Below, piece after piece: positions 55,375 to 64,000 of a stretch of DNA of 64,000 nucleotides. The stretch is from Escherichia coli. GTDB lineage: Bacteria > Pseudomonadota > Gammaproteobacteria > Enterobacterales > Enterobacteriaceae. The notes beneath the pieces are model-generated. The model searched no databases. It was not told the DNA's origin and saw only the letters and a program-made list of their open reading frames with translations. The stretch lies in the NCBI RefSeq assembly GCF_003334785.1, contig NZ_QOWV01000017.1; one strand, given 5' to 3'. A program made the position numbers and the translations under genes. Numbering within the stretch: the first letter of the stretch is position 1; the number at the start of each line of letters is the position of its first letter.

Positions 55375-55833
55375 TTAGCGACCGGAGATTGGCGGGACGA
55401 ATACGACGCCCATATCCCACGGCTGTTCAATCCAGGTATCTTGCGGGATATCAACAACATAGTCATCAACCAGCGGACGACCAGCCGGTTTTGCGAAGAT
55501 GGTGACAAAGTGCGCTTTTGGATACATTTCACGAATCGCAACCGCAGTACCACCGGTATCCACCAGGTCATCAATAACGATGAAGCCTTCGCCATCGCCT
55601 TCTGCGCGTTTCAGCACTTTAAGCTCGCGCTGGTTGTCGTGATCGTAGCTGGAAATACAAACGGTATCGACATGACGAATACCCAGTTCACGCGCCAGTA
55701 ACGCACCCGGTACCAGACCGCCACGGCTTACGGCAATAATGCCTTTCCATTGTTCAGAAGGCATCAGTCGGCTTGCGAGTTTACGTGCATGGATCTGCAA
55801 CATGTCCCAGGTGACGATGTATTTTTCGCTCAT
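55375..55833 (-). CDS. gpt: xanthine-guanine phosphoribosyltransferase
   Basis: 152 aa; PRPP-binding motif [13 protein letters not shown]. Confidence 0.95.
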
Positions 55834-56093
55834 GTGAAGTGTCCCAGCCTGTTTATCTACGGCTTAAAAAGTGTTCGAGGGGAAAATAGGTTGCGCGAGA
55901 TTATAGAGATCTGGCGCACTAAAAACCAGTATTTCACATGAGTCCGCGTCTTTTTACGCACTGCCTCTCCCTGACGCGGGATAAAGTGGTATTCTCAAAC
56001 ATATCTCGCAAGCCTGTCTTGTGTTGACAACATTTTCTGCTAACCCTGTGACCTGCAATACTGTTTTGCGGGTGATCGACAAGGAGACTTAAC

Positions 56094-57551
56094 GTGTCTG
56101 AACTGTCTCAATTATCTCCACAGCCGCTGTGGGATATTTTTGCCAAAATCTGTTCTATTCCTCACCCGTCCTATCATGAAGAGCAACTCGCTGAATACAT
56201 TGTTGGTTGGGCAAAAGAGAAAGGTTTCCATGTCGAACGCGATCAGGTAGGTAATATCCTGATTCGTAAACCTGCTACCGCAGGTATGGAAAATCGTAAA
56301 CCGGTCGTCTTACAGGCCCACCTCGATATGGTGCCGCAGAAAAATAACGACACCGTGCATGACTTCACGAAAGATCCTATCCAGCCTTATATTGATGGCG
56401 AATGGGTTAAAGCGCGCGGCACCACGCTGGGTGCGGATAACGGCATTGGTATGGCCTCTGCGCTGGCGGTTCTGGCTGACGAAAACGTGGTTCACGGCCC
56501 GCTGGAAGTGCTGCTGACCATGACCGAAGAAGCCGGTATGGACGGTGCGTTCGGCTTACAGGGCAACTGGTTGCAGGCTGATATTCTGATTAACACCGAC
56601 TCCGAAGAAGAAGGTGAAATCTACATGGGTTGTGCGGGGGGTATCGACTTCACCTCCAACCTGCATTTAGATCGTGAAGCGGTTCCAGCTGGTTTTGAAA
56701 CCTTCAAGTTAACCTTAAAAGGTCTGAAAGGCGGTCACTCCGGCGGGGAAATCCACGTTGGGCTGGGTAATGCCAACAAACTGCTGGTGCGCTTCCTGGC
56801 GGGTCATGCGGAAGAACTGGATCTGCGCCTTATCGATTTCAACGGCGGCACACTGCGTAACGCCATCCCGCGTGAAGCCTTTGCGACCATTGCTGTCGCA
56901 GCTGATAAAGTCGACGTCCTGAAATCTCTGGTGAATACCTATCAGGAGATCCTGAAAAACGAACTGGCAGAAAAAGAGAAAAATCTGGCCTTGTTGCTGG
57001 ACTCTGTAGCGAACGATAAAGCTGCCCTGATTGCGAAATCTCGCGATACCTTTATTCGTCTGCTGAACGCCACCCCGAACGGTGTGATTCGTAACTCCGA
57101 TGTAGCCAAAGGTGTGGTTGAAACCTCCCTGAACGTCGGTGTGGTGACCATGACTGACAATAACGTAGAAATTCACTGCCTGATCCGTTCACTGATCGAC
57201 AGCGGTAAAGACTACGTGGTGAGCATGCTGGATTCGCTGGGTAAACTGGCTGGCGCGAAAACCGAAGCGAAAGGCGCATATCCTGGCTGGCAGCCGGACG
57301 CTAATTCTCCGGTGATGCATCTGGTACGTGAAACCTATCAGCGCCTGTTCAACAAGACGCCGAACATCCAGATTATCCACGCGGGCCTGGAATGTGGTCT
57401 GTTCAAAAAACCGTATCCGGAAATGGACATGGTTTCTATCGGGCCAACTATCACCGGTCCACACTCTCCGGATGAGCAAGTTCACATCGAAAGCGTAGGT
57501 CATTACTGGACACTGCTGACTGAACTGCTGAAAGAAATTCCGGCGAAGTAA
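56094..57551 (+). CDS. pepD: cytosolic dipeptidase (M20 family) PepD
   Basis: 485 aa from GTG start (MSELSQLSPQPLWDIF...). Confidence 0.95.
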   Translation: MSELSQLSPQPLWDIFAKICSIPHPSYHEEQLAEYIVGWAKEKGFHVERDQVGNILIRKPATAGMENRKPVVLQAHLDMVPQKNNDTVHDFTKDPIQPYIDGEWVKARGTTLGADNGIGMASALAVLADENVVHGPLEVLLTMTEEAGMDGAFGLQGNWLQADILINTDSEEEGEIYMGCAGGIDFTSNLHLDREAVPAGFETFKLTLKGLKGGHSGGEIHVGLGNANKLLVRFLAGHAEELDLRLIDFNGGTLRNAIPREAFATIAVAADKVDVLKSLVNTYQEILKNELAEKEKNLALLLDSVANDKAALIAKSRDTFIRLLNATPNGVIRNSDVAKGVVETSLNVGVVTMTDNNVEIHCLIRSLIDSGKDYVVSMLDSLGKLAGAKTEAKGAYPGWQPDANSPVMHLVRETYQRLFNKTPNIQIIHAGLECGLFKKPYPEMDMVSIGPTITGPHSPDEQVHIESVGHYWTLLTELLKEIPAK

Positions 57552-57563
57552 TTATTTGATTTG

Positions 57564-57595
57564 CTGCCGGATGGCGTTTAATCGCCTTCCGGCAG
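57564..57595. terminator. bidirectional hairpin terminator between convergent pepD and prfH
   Basis: ctgccggatggcg-tttaat-cgccttccggcag (13-bp stem, one mismatch) followed by tttca. Confidence 0.6.
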
Positions 57596-57607
57596 TTTCA
57601 TCCTTCA

Positions 57608-58165
57608 TTATCCTTCGATAAAAGCCATCCCTGTAAATGTCCGTCGCGGGTTGCCACGTTCAATCTGGTGATGGAACATTCGCCGCTGCGATTTCAGCGC
57701 CGCGCTATTTTCCTGTTGCTGTTGCTCCAGCTTCCAGGCAATCAGCAATCGTGCCAGCCGCTTGTTAGCATGCTGACTACGCTCTGACTGAACCTTCACG
57801 CTAATACCGGATGCCAAATGCGTGGCGCGTACCGCCGAGTCGGTTTTATTGACATGTTGACCGCCCGGCCCCGACGAACGCAGCGTCTCATAACGGATTG
57901 CATCCGATTGTTCCTGCTCATCAGCGGTAAAACGCCCAATGCCCAGAAACCAGTTTTTGCGCCCATGATGAGGCCGATACGGACTCGGACAAATCCACTG
58001 AATAGTGCCACACCAGCTTTCGCTTAATGCCCATGCGTTATCGCCATCGAGAGAAACCAGCGCCGAACGCAGTGTGTCAGAGTAGCGGCCCGTTTCTGTT
58101 TCCAGCACCGTTACCGCGACGTCTTGCCGGGTAAAAACGACCAACAGAGAAGAACGCTGCGCCAA
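57608..58165 (-). CDS. prfH: peptide chain release factor homologue PrfH, probably N-terminally truncated remnant
   Basis: 185-aa ORF containing GGQ motif ([11 protein letters not shown]); its 5' end overlaps an rtcB fragment in a different frame. Confidence 0.6.
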
Positions 58166-58343
58166 TCGGGTAGCCGCGTCCGGGGTGTAAATCTGGCATC
58201 CCCACTACGCGCTGCATGTTGGGTAAATTTGCCGTGGTGTGTAATTGTTGGATCGCTAAACTCTCGATCCACAGGTCATCAGATGCGATGGTAAATACCG
58301 CATCGGATAAGGGACGAATATATTTGCCCATGTACCATTCCAT
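58077..58343 (-). pseudogene. ykfJ: N-terminal fragment of an RtcB-family RNA ligase (ykfJ-like)
   Basis: 88-aa ORF with RtcB-like N-terminus ([19 protein letters not shown]) that then degenerates; overlaps the prfH 5' region. Confidence 0.55.
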
Positions 58344-58648
58344 TTATACTCGTCATACTTCAAGTTGCATGTACTGCGACTGCGTTCGTTCACCCCAGTC
58401 ACTTACTTATGTAAGCTCCTGGCGATTCACTCGCTTGTCGCCTTCCTGCAACTCGAATTATTTAGAGTATATAAATATAAAAATCAGGAAATGGCAGACG
58501 AATCCAGGGCAAGAAAAAAAGAATTAATCCTGGAAAGGTCTGCAAAGAGTCATTGATAAAGGATTTGTCATGATTTACCTCCTTGCAGTTTGTGGAATCA
58601 GAAAACGCGCACATACCAGGCGGGCGTTATTTTCATTGCAAGCTGGAT

Positions 58649-59101
58649 TTAATGTTGCGGTTTATATCGCATATAAAAATTAGTAAACCACGCTCCCCGG
58701 CATTCAACGCGCTGCTGCTTAACTGTCTGAAAACCATAACGTTCAAAAAAGGGTTTTGCGGTTATGCTTGCGTCCACCGTAAGTTCGGATTCAGACTTAA
58801 TCAAAGGTTTTAACAAAGCGCTGGCAACCCCACGGCGGGTGTATTCAGGGTCAACAAATAACATATCGATATAATGTTCAATGCGGGAAATAAAACCAAC
58901 CGGTTGTGCATTAATGATCGCAACCCACACTTGTGATTTCGCGAGTTTCTCCTTCCAGCGAGATTCGTCAATCTGCGCCCAGGCGGAAATTTGTTGTGGT
59001 GAATAATGCTGACTGGCGGTCATCGTAACCGCTCTAATGAAAATAGCGCATAGTTGCTGAAAATCGCCAGGCTGATAGTTTCTTATTTGTATGTTATTCA
59101 T
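58649..59101 (-). CDS. yafP: GNAT-family acetyltransferase
   Basis: 150 aa; last gene of the dinB operon. Confidence 0.85.
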   Translation of the reverse strand: MNNIQIRNYQPGDFQQLCAIFIRAVTMTASQHYSPQQISAWAQIDESRWKEKLAKSQVWVAIINAQPVGFISRIEHYIDMLFVDPEYTRRGVASALLKPLIKSESELTVDASITAKPFFERYGFQTVKQQRVECRGAWFTNFYMRYKPQH

Positions 59102-59110
59102 AATATAAAT

Positions 59111-59509
59111 TCAAAAACGCATGCGAAACGCTTCTGCCATTTTCCCAATTTTATGCATTTGGTTGTTATCTCGAGCCAGTTTATGAGGTTCAGGTTTCAG
59201 AATGGCAATGAGCAACCATGCTTGCTCATCAAACGCCCCCTGACAATATACCAAATGCGCTTCGTCATTCGTTCTGCTGAATTGGCGCAACTGTGGCGGA
59301 AATGGATTATTCTCATTTGCCAGATGAATATGAGCAACTCGCTCAAATTTGATTAATGGCCAGGTAAAGGAGTCGTCGTAGAGTGCATCGCGACCAAATA
59401 TATCTGGCAAAACACCGTCACGCTTATAGGAAATAAAATCCGCCGTTAACGCATCAAGTTCCTCTGCTGTAAGTTGCAGGCGAATAAGTTTTGTTTTGAA
59501 TACCCGCAT
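59111..59509 (-). CDS. yafO: ribosome-dependent mRNA interferase toxin YafO
   Basis: 132 aa; 2-bp gap after yafN. Confidence 0.85.
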   Translation of the reverse strand: MRVFKTKLIRLQLTAEELDALTADFISYKRDGVLPDIFGRDALYDDSFTWPLIKFERVAHIHLANENNPFPPQLRQFSRTNDEAHLVYCQGAFDEQAWLLIAILKPEPHKLARDNNQMHKIGKMAEAFRMRF

Positions 59510-59511
59510 CC

Positions 59512-59805
59512 TTATTCCTTAAAGTCATTGAAATCATCATCCGTCATATCATTAAGATATTGTTCAGCGCGGCGTGTAATTTCCTCTAATCTTGCAGCAC
59601 TTGGACGGAAGCGCGCCTTTATGGGCTTTTTCTCCTCTTGTTCAGCAAGCATGTCCATTAACGCTTCGAATGCGCTGGCACTTAAGAGATATCCTGCGGG
59701 GCGATTATTAGAAAGAACCGCAACCGGTTGATCAATAAAGTATTTAGCTGGGTTTTTACGTAACTCAGTGATATTGACCGATTTTTCAGCGAGAATTCGA
59801 TGCAT
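59512..59805 (-). CDS. yafN: antitoxin YafN (Phd/YefM-like)
   Basis: 97 aa, acidic C-terminus. Confidence 0.85.
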   Translation of the reverse strand: MHRILAEKSVNITELRKNPAKYFIDQPVAVLSNNRPAGYLLSASAFEALMDMLAEQEEKKPIKARFRPSAARLEEITRRAEQYLNDMTDDDFNDFKE

Positions 59806-59856
59806 ACAGTGATACCCTCATAATAATGCACACCAGAATATACATAATAGTATACA

Positions 59857-60912
59857 TCATAATCCCAGCACCAGTTGTCTTTCCATTTGCGGGTCAAGCA
59901 ACGTCACATGCAGCCCCACCAGACGCACACCGCGCCCGCCGCGGCGTTCATCCCAGGTTTTACGCGCGGTGGCGATTAGATCAGCTTTATTCAGCCGCGG
60001 CCAGACGTGCTCCTGGGTGGTTTGCTGAAAATCGTCGAACTTTAATTTCACCCCCTGGCGAGCAATCAGTAAATCAGGTTTTACCTTTGCCAGACGGCGT
60101 TCAAGTTCCGGATACAGCCGCTCGATAATCGCTTCACATTCAGACCAGTGATGAATATCTTCCGCCATCGTGCGTTCCACGCCGACGGATTTTCGCAACC
60201 GTTCGCTGTTAACATCGCGTTCGTCAATCCCCTGACTACGCTCCCACAAAATGCGGCCAAATTTGCCAAAGCGTTTAAGCAGCATCACCAGATCACACTT
60301 TTGTACATCACCGCAGGTCCGCAGCCCCATCGCTTCCAGTTTTGCCGCTGAGACTTTGCCGACGCCGGGGATTTTTGCCAGCGGTAAGGTTTGTAAAAAT
60401 GCCGGAACTTCTGCCGGCGTAATCACAAACTGGCCGTTGGGTTTATTCATGTCGGAGGCGATTTTGGCGAGAAACTTTACTGGTGCCACGCCCGCAGACG
60501 CCGTCAGTTGCAGCTCGTTGAAGATTGTCTGGCGGATTTCCTGGGCGATGAGGGTCGCAGAACCGTGGCAATGGACGCTATCGGTGACATCGAGATAAGC
60601 CTCATCCAGTGACAACGGTTCAATGCGCGAGGTGTAGCGCGAGAAGATTTCACGGATATGATTTGAGGCTTCTTTGTAGGCGTCAAAGCGCCCCGGAAGC
60701 AAGGTGAGATGTGGGCATAATTTGAGCGCCATCCCTGTCGGCATAGCGCTACGTACGCCAAATTTACGCGCGGGATAATTGGCGGTGCTGATCACCCCCC
60801 GACGTTCGCGGCTGCCGCCAATAGCAATAGGGATATCGCGCAGGGCGGGATTGTCGCGCATCTCCACTGCGGCGAAAAAGCAGTCCATATCCACATGAAT
60901 GATTTTACGCAT
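59857..60912 (-). CDS. dinB: DNA polymerase IV (Y-family, SOS-inducible)
   Basis: 351 aa from [20 protein letters not shown]. Confidence 0.95.
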
Positions 60913-60926
60913 TGCTCACCTCTCAA

Positions 60927-60946
60927 CACTGGTAAAGTATACAGTG
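60927..60946 (-). promoter_or_regulatory. LexA (SOS) box of the dinB promoter
   Basis: cactggtaaagtatacagtg on + strand = CACTGTATACTTTACCAGTG on the dinB strand (CTG-N10-CAG), 15 bp upstream of the dinB start. Confidence 0.75.
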
Positions 60947-60982
60947 ATTTCAGGGTTTGAGAAATGCGTAAAGATTCAGCAT

Positions 60983-61873
60983 TTAACGCGTTCGCTGCGA
61001 AAGCACCTGCTGCTTATCCAGCTTTTGCACCAGCGGCTGCACCACTTTATCCCCATGCTGACCAAAGTATTGATACAGCGTATCGGACGCACTTTTGGTC
61101 AGCACCATAATCTCAATGCGCCGGTTGCCCGCGCTTTGCGGATTTTTGGAATCCAGCAGCATCTGGTCCGCCATTGCGCTTACCTGCATCACTTTATCTT
61201 CCGGCATTCCGGCCTCTTCCAGCACCCGACGAGCCGAAAGCGCGCGGTCACCCGAAAGGTTCCAGTTGTTGTAGATATTGTTTTTGTAGGCCATCGCATC
61301 GGTATGCCCGGTAATAATAATTTTATTATCGAGCGAGTCGAACACTGGCGCGAGCTCCACCAGCAGCGTTTTAAAGAACGGCATAATCTTCGCGCTGCCG
61401 CGTTCAAACATATTGCGGTTCTGGTCGTCTTTAATCAGCACGCGTAATCCCTGGGGAACAATCTCCATCTCCAGATTCGCTTCCATATGCGCATCACGGG
61501 CAATGGTGTTGATACTGGTTGCCAGCTCACCAAGCTCGGTGGCGGATTTCTTCTTCAGCAGCGCCGTTTTCTCATTCACATCACGCGCTTTTTTCTCCGT
61601 CTCTTCCGGCACCGCCACGGTGGCAGGTTTTGGCGGATGAGACGGGCTGATTTTATTTAACGGCGACAGCCCACCACCGTTAAAAATCGACTGCCCGTGC
61701 AGCGCGGCGATAATGCTTTCACGCTCGGATTTACTGACGCTGTTGACAATCAACTTTATTGTCGTCACCAAAGGGGCCGAGCGTATTTCCGAGGTTTCTG
61801 CCCGCTTTACCTTAGACGCGATGCCCGGCAAACAGATGGCGATTGACGCCGATCTTAACGCCGGATTGATCAA
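60983..61873 (-). pseudogene. lafU: MotB-like stator protein of the Flag-2 lateral flagellar system, N-terminally truncated
   Basis: ORF has OmpA/MotB-like C-terminal peptidoglycan-binding region but no N-terminal TM helix; its 5' end overlaps the lfhA fragment. Confidence 0.6.
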
Positions 61874-63452
61874 CCAGGCGCAGGCGCAAACCCGGCGTAA
61901 AGATGTTGCCAGCGAGGCCGATTTCTACGGCGCGATGGACGGGGCATCGAAGTTTGTGCGCGGGGACGCCATCGCCGGGATGATGATTCTGGCGATCAAC
62001 CTGATCGGCGGCGTCTGTATCGGGATCTTCAAATACAACCTGAGCGCCGATGCTGCCTTCCAGCAGTATGTGCTGATGACCATCGGCGACGGCCTGGTGG
62101 CGCAGATCCCTTCCCTGCTGCTCTCCACCGCGGCGGCGATTATCGTCACCCGCGTCAGCGACAACGGCGATATCGCCCATGACGTGCGTAACCAGCTGCT
62201 GGCAAGCCCGTCGGTGCTCTACACCGCCACCGGGATTATGTTCGTGCTGGCGGTGGTACCGGGAATGCCGCACCTGCCGTTTTTGCTGTTCAGCGCCCTG
62301 CTTGGTTTTACCGGCTGGCGGATGAGCAAACAGCCGCTGGCGGCGGAGGCGGAAGAGAAAAGCCTCGAAACGCTGACCCGCACCATCACCGAAACCAGCG
62401 AGCAGCAGGTCAGTTGGGAAACCATTCCGCTGATCGAGCCTATCAGTTTAAGCCTCGGTTACAAACTGGTGGCGCTGGTGGACAAAGCACAGGGTAACCC
62501 GCTCACCCAGCGGATTCGCGGCGTGCGGCAGGTGATTTCTGACGGCAACGGCGTGCTGCTGCCGGAGATCCGCATTCGGGAAAACTTCCGCCTTAAGCCC
62601 AGTCAGTACGCCATTTTCATCAACGGCATAAAGGCTGATGAAGCGGATATTCCGGCGGATAAACTGATGGCCCTGCCCTCCAGCGAAACCTACGGCGAGA
62701 TTGACGGCGTGCAGGGGAACGACCCGGCGTACGGGATGCCGGTCACCTGGATCCAGGCGGCGCAGAAAGCGAAGGCGCTGAATATGGGGTATCAGGTGAT
62801 CGACAGCGCCAGCGTGATCGCTACCCATGTAAATAAGATTGTGCGCAGCTATATTCCTGATTTGTTTAACTATGATGATATTACGCAGTTGCATAACCGT
62901 TTATCGTCGACGGCACCGCGTCTGGCGGAAGATTTGAGCGCGGCGCTCAATTACAGCCAGTTGCTGAAAGTGTACCGGGCGCTGCTGACCGAAGGCGTTT
63001 CCCTGCGCGATATCGTCACCATCGCCACCGTGCTGGTCGCCAGTAGCACGGTGACGAAAGATCATATTCTGCTGGCGGCCGATGTGCGCCTGGCATTGCG
63101 GCGCAGCATTACCCATCCGTTCGTTCGCAAGCAGGAGCTGACGGTGTATACGCTGAATAATGAGCTGGAAAATCTGCTGACCAACGTGGTGAATCAGGCG
63201 CAACAGGGCGGGAAAGTGATGCTCGACAGCGTGCCGGTCGATCCGAATATGCTCAACCAGTTCCAGAGTACGATGCCACAGGTGAAAGAGCAGATGAAAG
63301 CGGCGGGGAAAGACCCGGTGCTGCTGGTGCCACCGCAGCTGCGCCCTTTGCTGGCGCGTTATGCAAGGTTGTTTGCGCCGGGGCTGCATGTGCTGTCGTA
63401 TAACGAAGTGCCGGATGAGCTGGAGTTGAAGATTATGGGGGCGTTGATGTAA
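61713..63452 (+). pseudogene. lfhA: FlhA-like flagellar export gate protein of Flag-2, lacking about the first 115 residues
   Basis: ORF aligns with FlhA from GAERI(S/A)EV(S/G)ARF...MPGKQMAIDADLNAG onward; no FHIPEP N-terminal TM region. Confidence 0.65.
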
Positions 63453-63475
63453 GTATCCAGCATTGGTGCACAACT

Positions 63476-63667
63476 GCCGGATGCGGCGTGAACGCCTTAT
63501 CCGTCCTACCGTTCAGGCACAAGTTTGTAGGCATGATAAGACGCGCCAGCGTCGCATCAGGCATCTGCGCATAACTGCCGGATGCGGCATAAACGCCTTA
63601 TCCGGCCTACCGATCCGGCACAAGTTTGTAGGCATGATAAGACGCGCTAGCGTCGCATCAGGCATCT
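63476..63667. repeat. REP array, four units in two inverted pairs
   Basis: tgccggatgcggc(g/a)t(g/a)aacgccttatccg(t/g)cctac at 63476-63510 and 63577-63611; gtaggcatgataagacgcgc(c/t)agcgtcgcatcaggcatc at 63528-63566 and 63629-63667. Confidence 0.85.
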
Positions 63668-63675
63668 GCGCACAA

Positions 63676-64000
63676 TTATGAAATGATACGCTCCCCGGCA
63701 CTAAAATCCGTTACGTCCCCCGCCCAATCGATGGGATATAACCCTCGCGCGACATCGCGATGGAACGTTGAGAATGGCCAATCACTCACTTGCTTTACCC
63801 AACCATGCTTTACTGGATTTATATAAATATAATCAACATGATGCCTATAATCTTTGGTATTGCGGATGGCGTGCTCCCAAAAACGTGGTTGCCAGATATT
63901 TTTCAATCCACAAGCATGGGTAAATTGCTTTTTAATTTCCCGCCAGCGCGAGGAAAAATCATCATCGCCTTCAGGTAATGTCCAGATACAGTGCATATGC
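63676..64000 (-). CDS. rayT: REP-associated tyrosine transposase (RayT/TnpA-REP), 3' part only; 5' end lies beyond the window
   Basis: C-terminal 106+ residues incl. ...HCIWTLPEGDDDFSSRWREIKKQF...; flanked by REP array; HUH motif region truncated by window edge. Confidence 0.75.
   Translation of the reverse strand, partial: HMHCIWTLPEGDDDFSSRWREIKKQFTHACGLKNIWQPRFWEHAIRNTKDYRHHVDYIYINPVKHGWVKQVSDWPFSTFHRDVARGLYPIDWAGDVTDFSAGERIIS

Noticed and set aside
60983-61873. Treating the 296-aa lafU ORF as an intact stator gene.
   Set aside because: The N-terminal portion lacks the obligatory MotB transmembrane helix and overlaps the lfhA fragment, so the 5' part of the ORF is probably fortuitous read-through across a deletion junction.

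Overview
This 64 kb window reads as a contiguous Escherichia coli chromosomal segment. By gene content and order it matches, in inverted orientation, the K-12 interval from lafU/dinB to yahK, but without the CP4-6 prophage at thrW and with an uninterrupted eaeH/fdeC. All strain comparisons here are from memory of the K-12 map, not from a search. Order along the + strand: a 133-aa hypothetical ORF; yahK; the yahJ-yahI / yahG-yahF-yahE-yahD cluster split by a REP array; yahC; yahB; pdeL; betT and the divergent betIBA operon; ykgH; ykgGFE (lutCBA-like); rclR and divergent rclABC; ykgA; eaeH/fdeC; an AT-rich region with small ORFs and a palindromic Zur-type box ahead of rpmE2-rpmJ2; ecpRABCDE; ykgJ; yagU; paoABCD; a yagP remnant; tRNA-Thr thrW; proA-proB; phoE; crl; frsA; gpt; pepD; an rtcB-fragment/prfH remnant; yafP-yafO-yafN-dinB with a LexA box; an lafU/lfhA Flag-2 deletion scar; a second REP array; and the 3' part of rayT (yafM) running off the window end. 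I found no CRISPR array, no prophage or integrase, no IS element and no recognisable foreign defence island. The least characterised biology is the yah cluster, which looks like a paralogue of the allantoin-locus fdrA-ylbE-ylbF-arcC module. Other points worth a second look are an in-frame amber codon in ecpD, the chimeric yagP remnant next to an unoccupied thrW site, and the Flag-2 and rtcB-prfH scars. Gene names are recognition-based and all coordinates were derived by hand from the ORF track and the sequence text.
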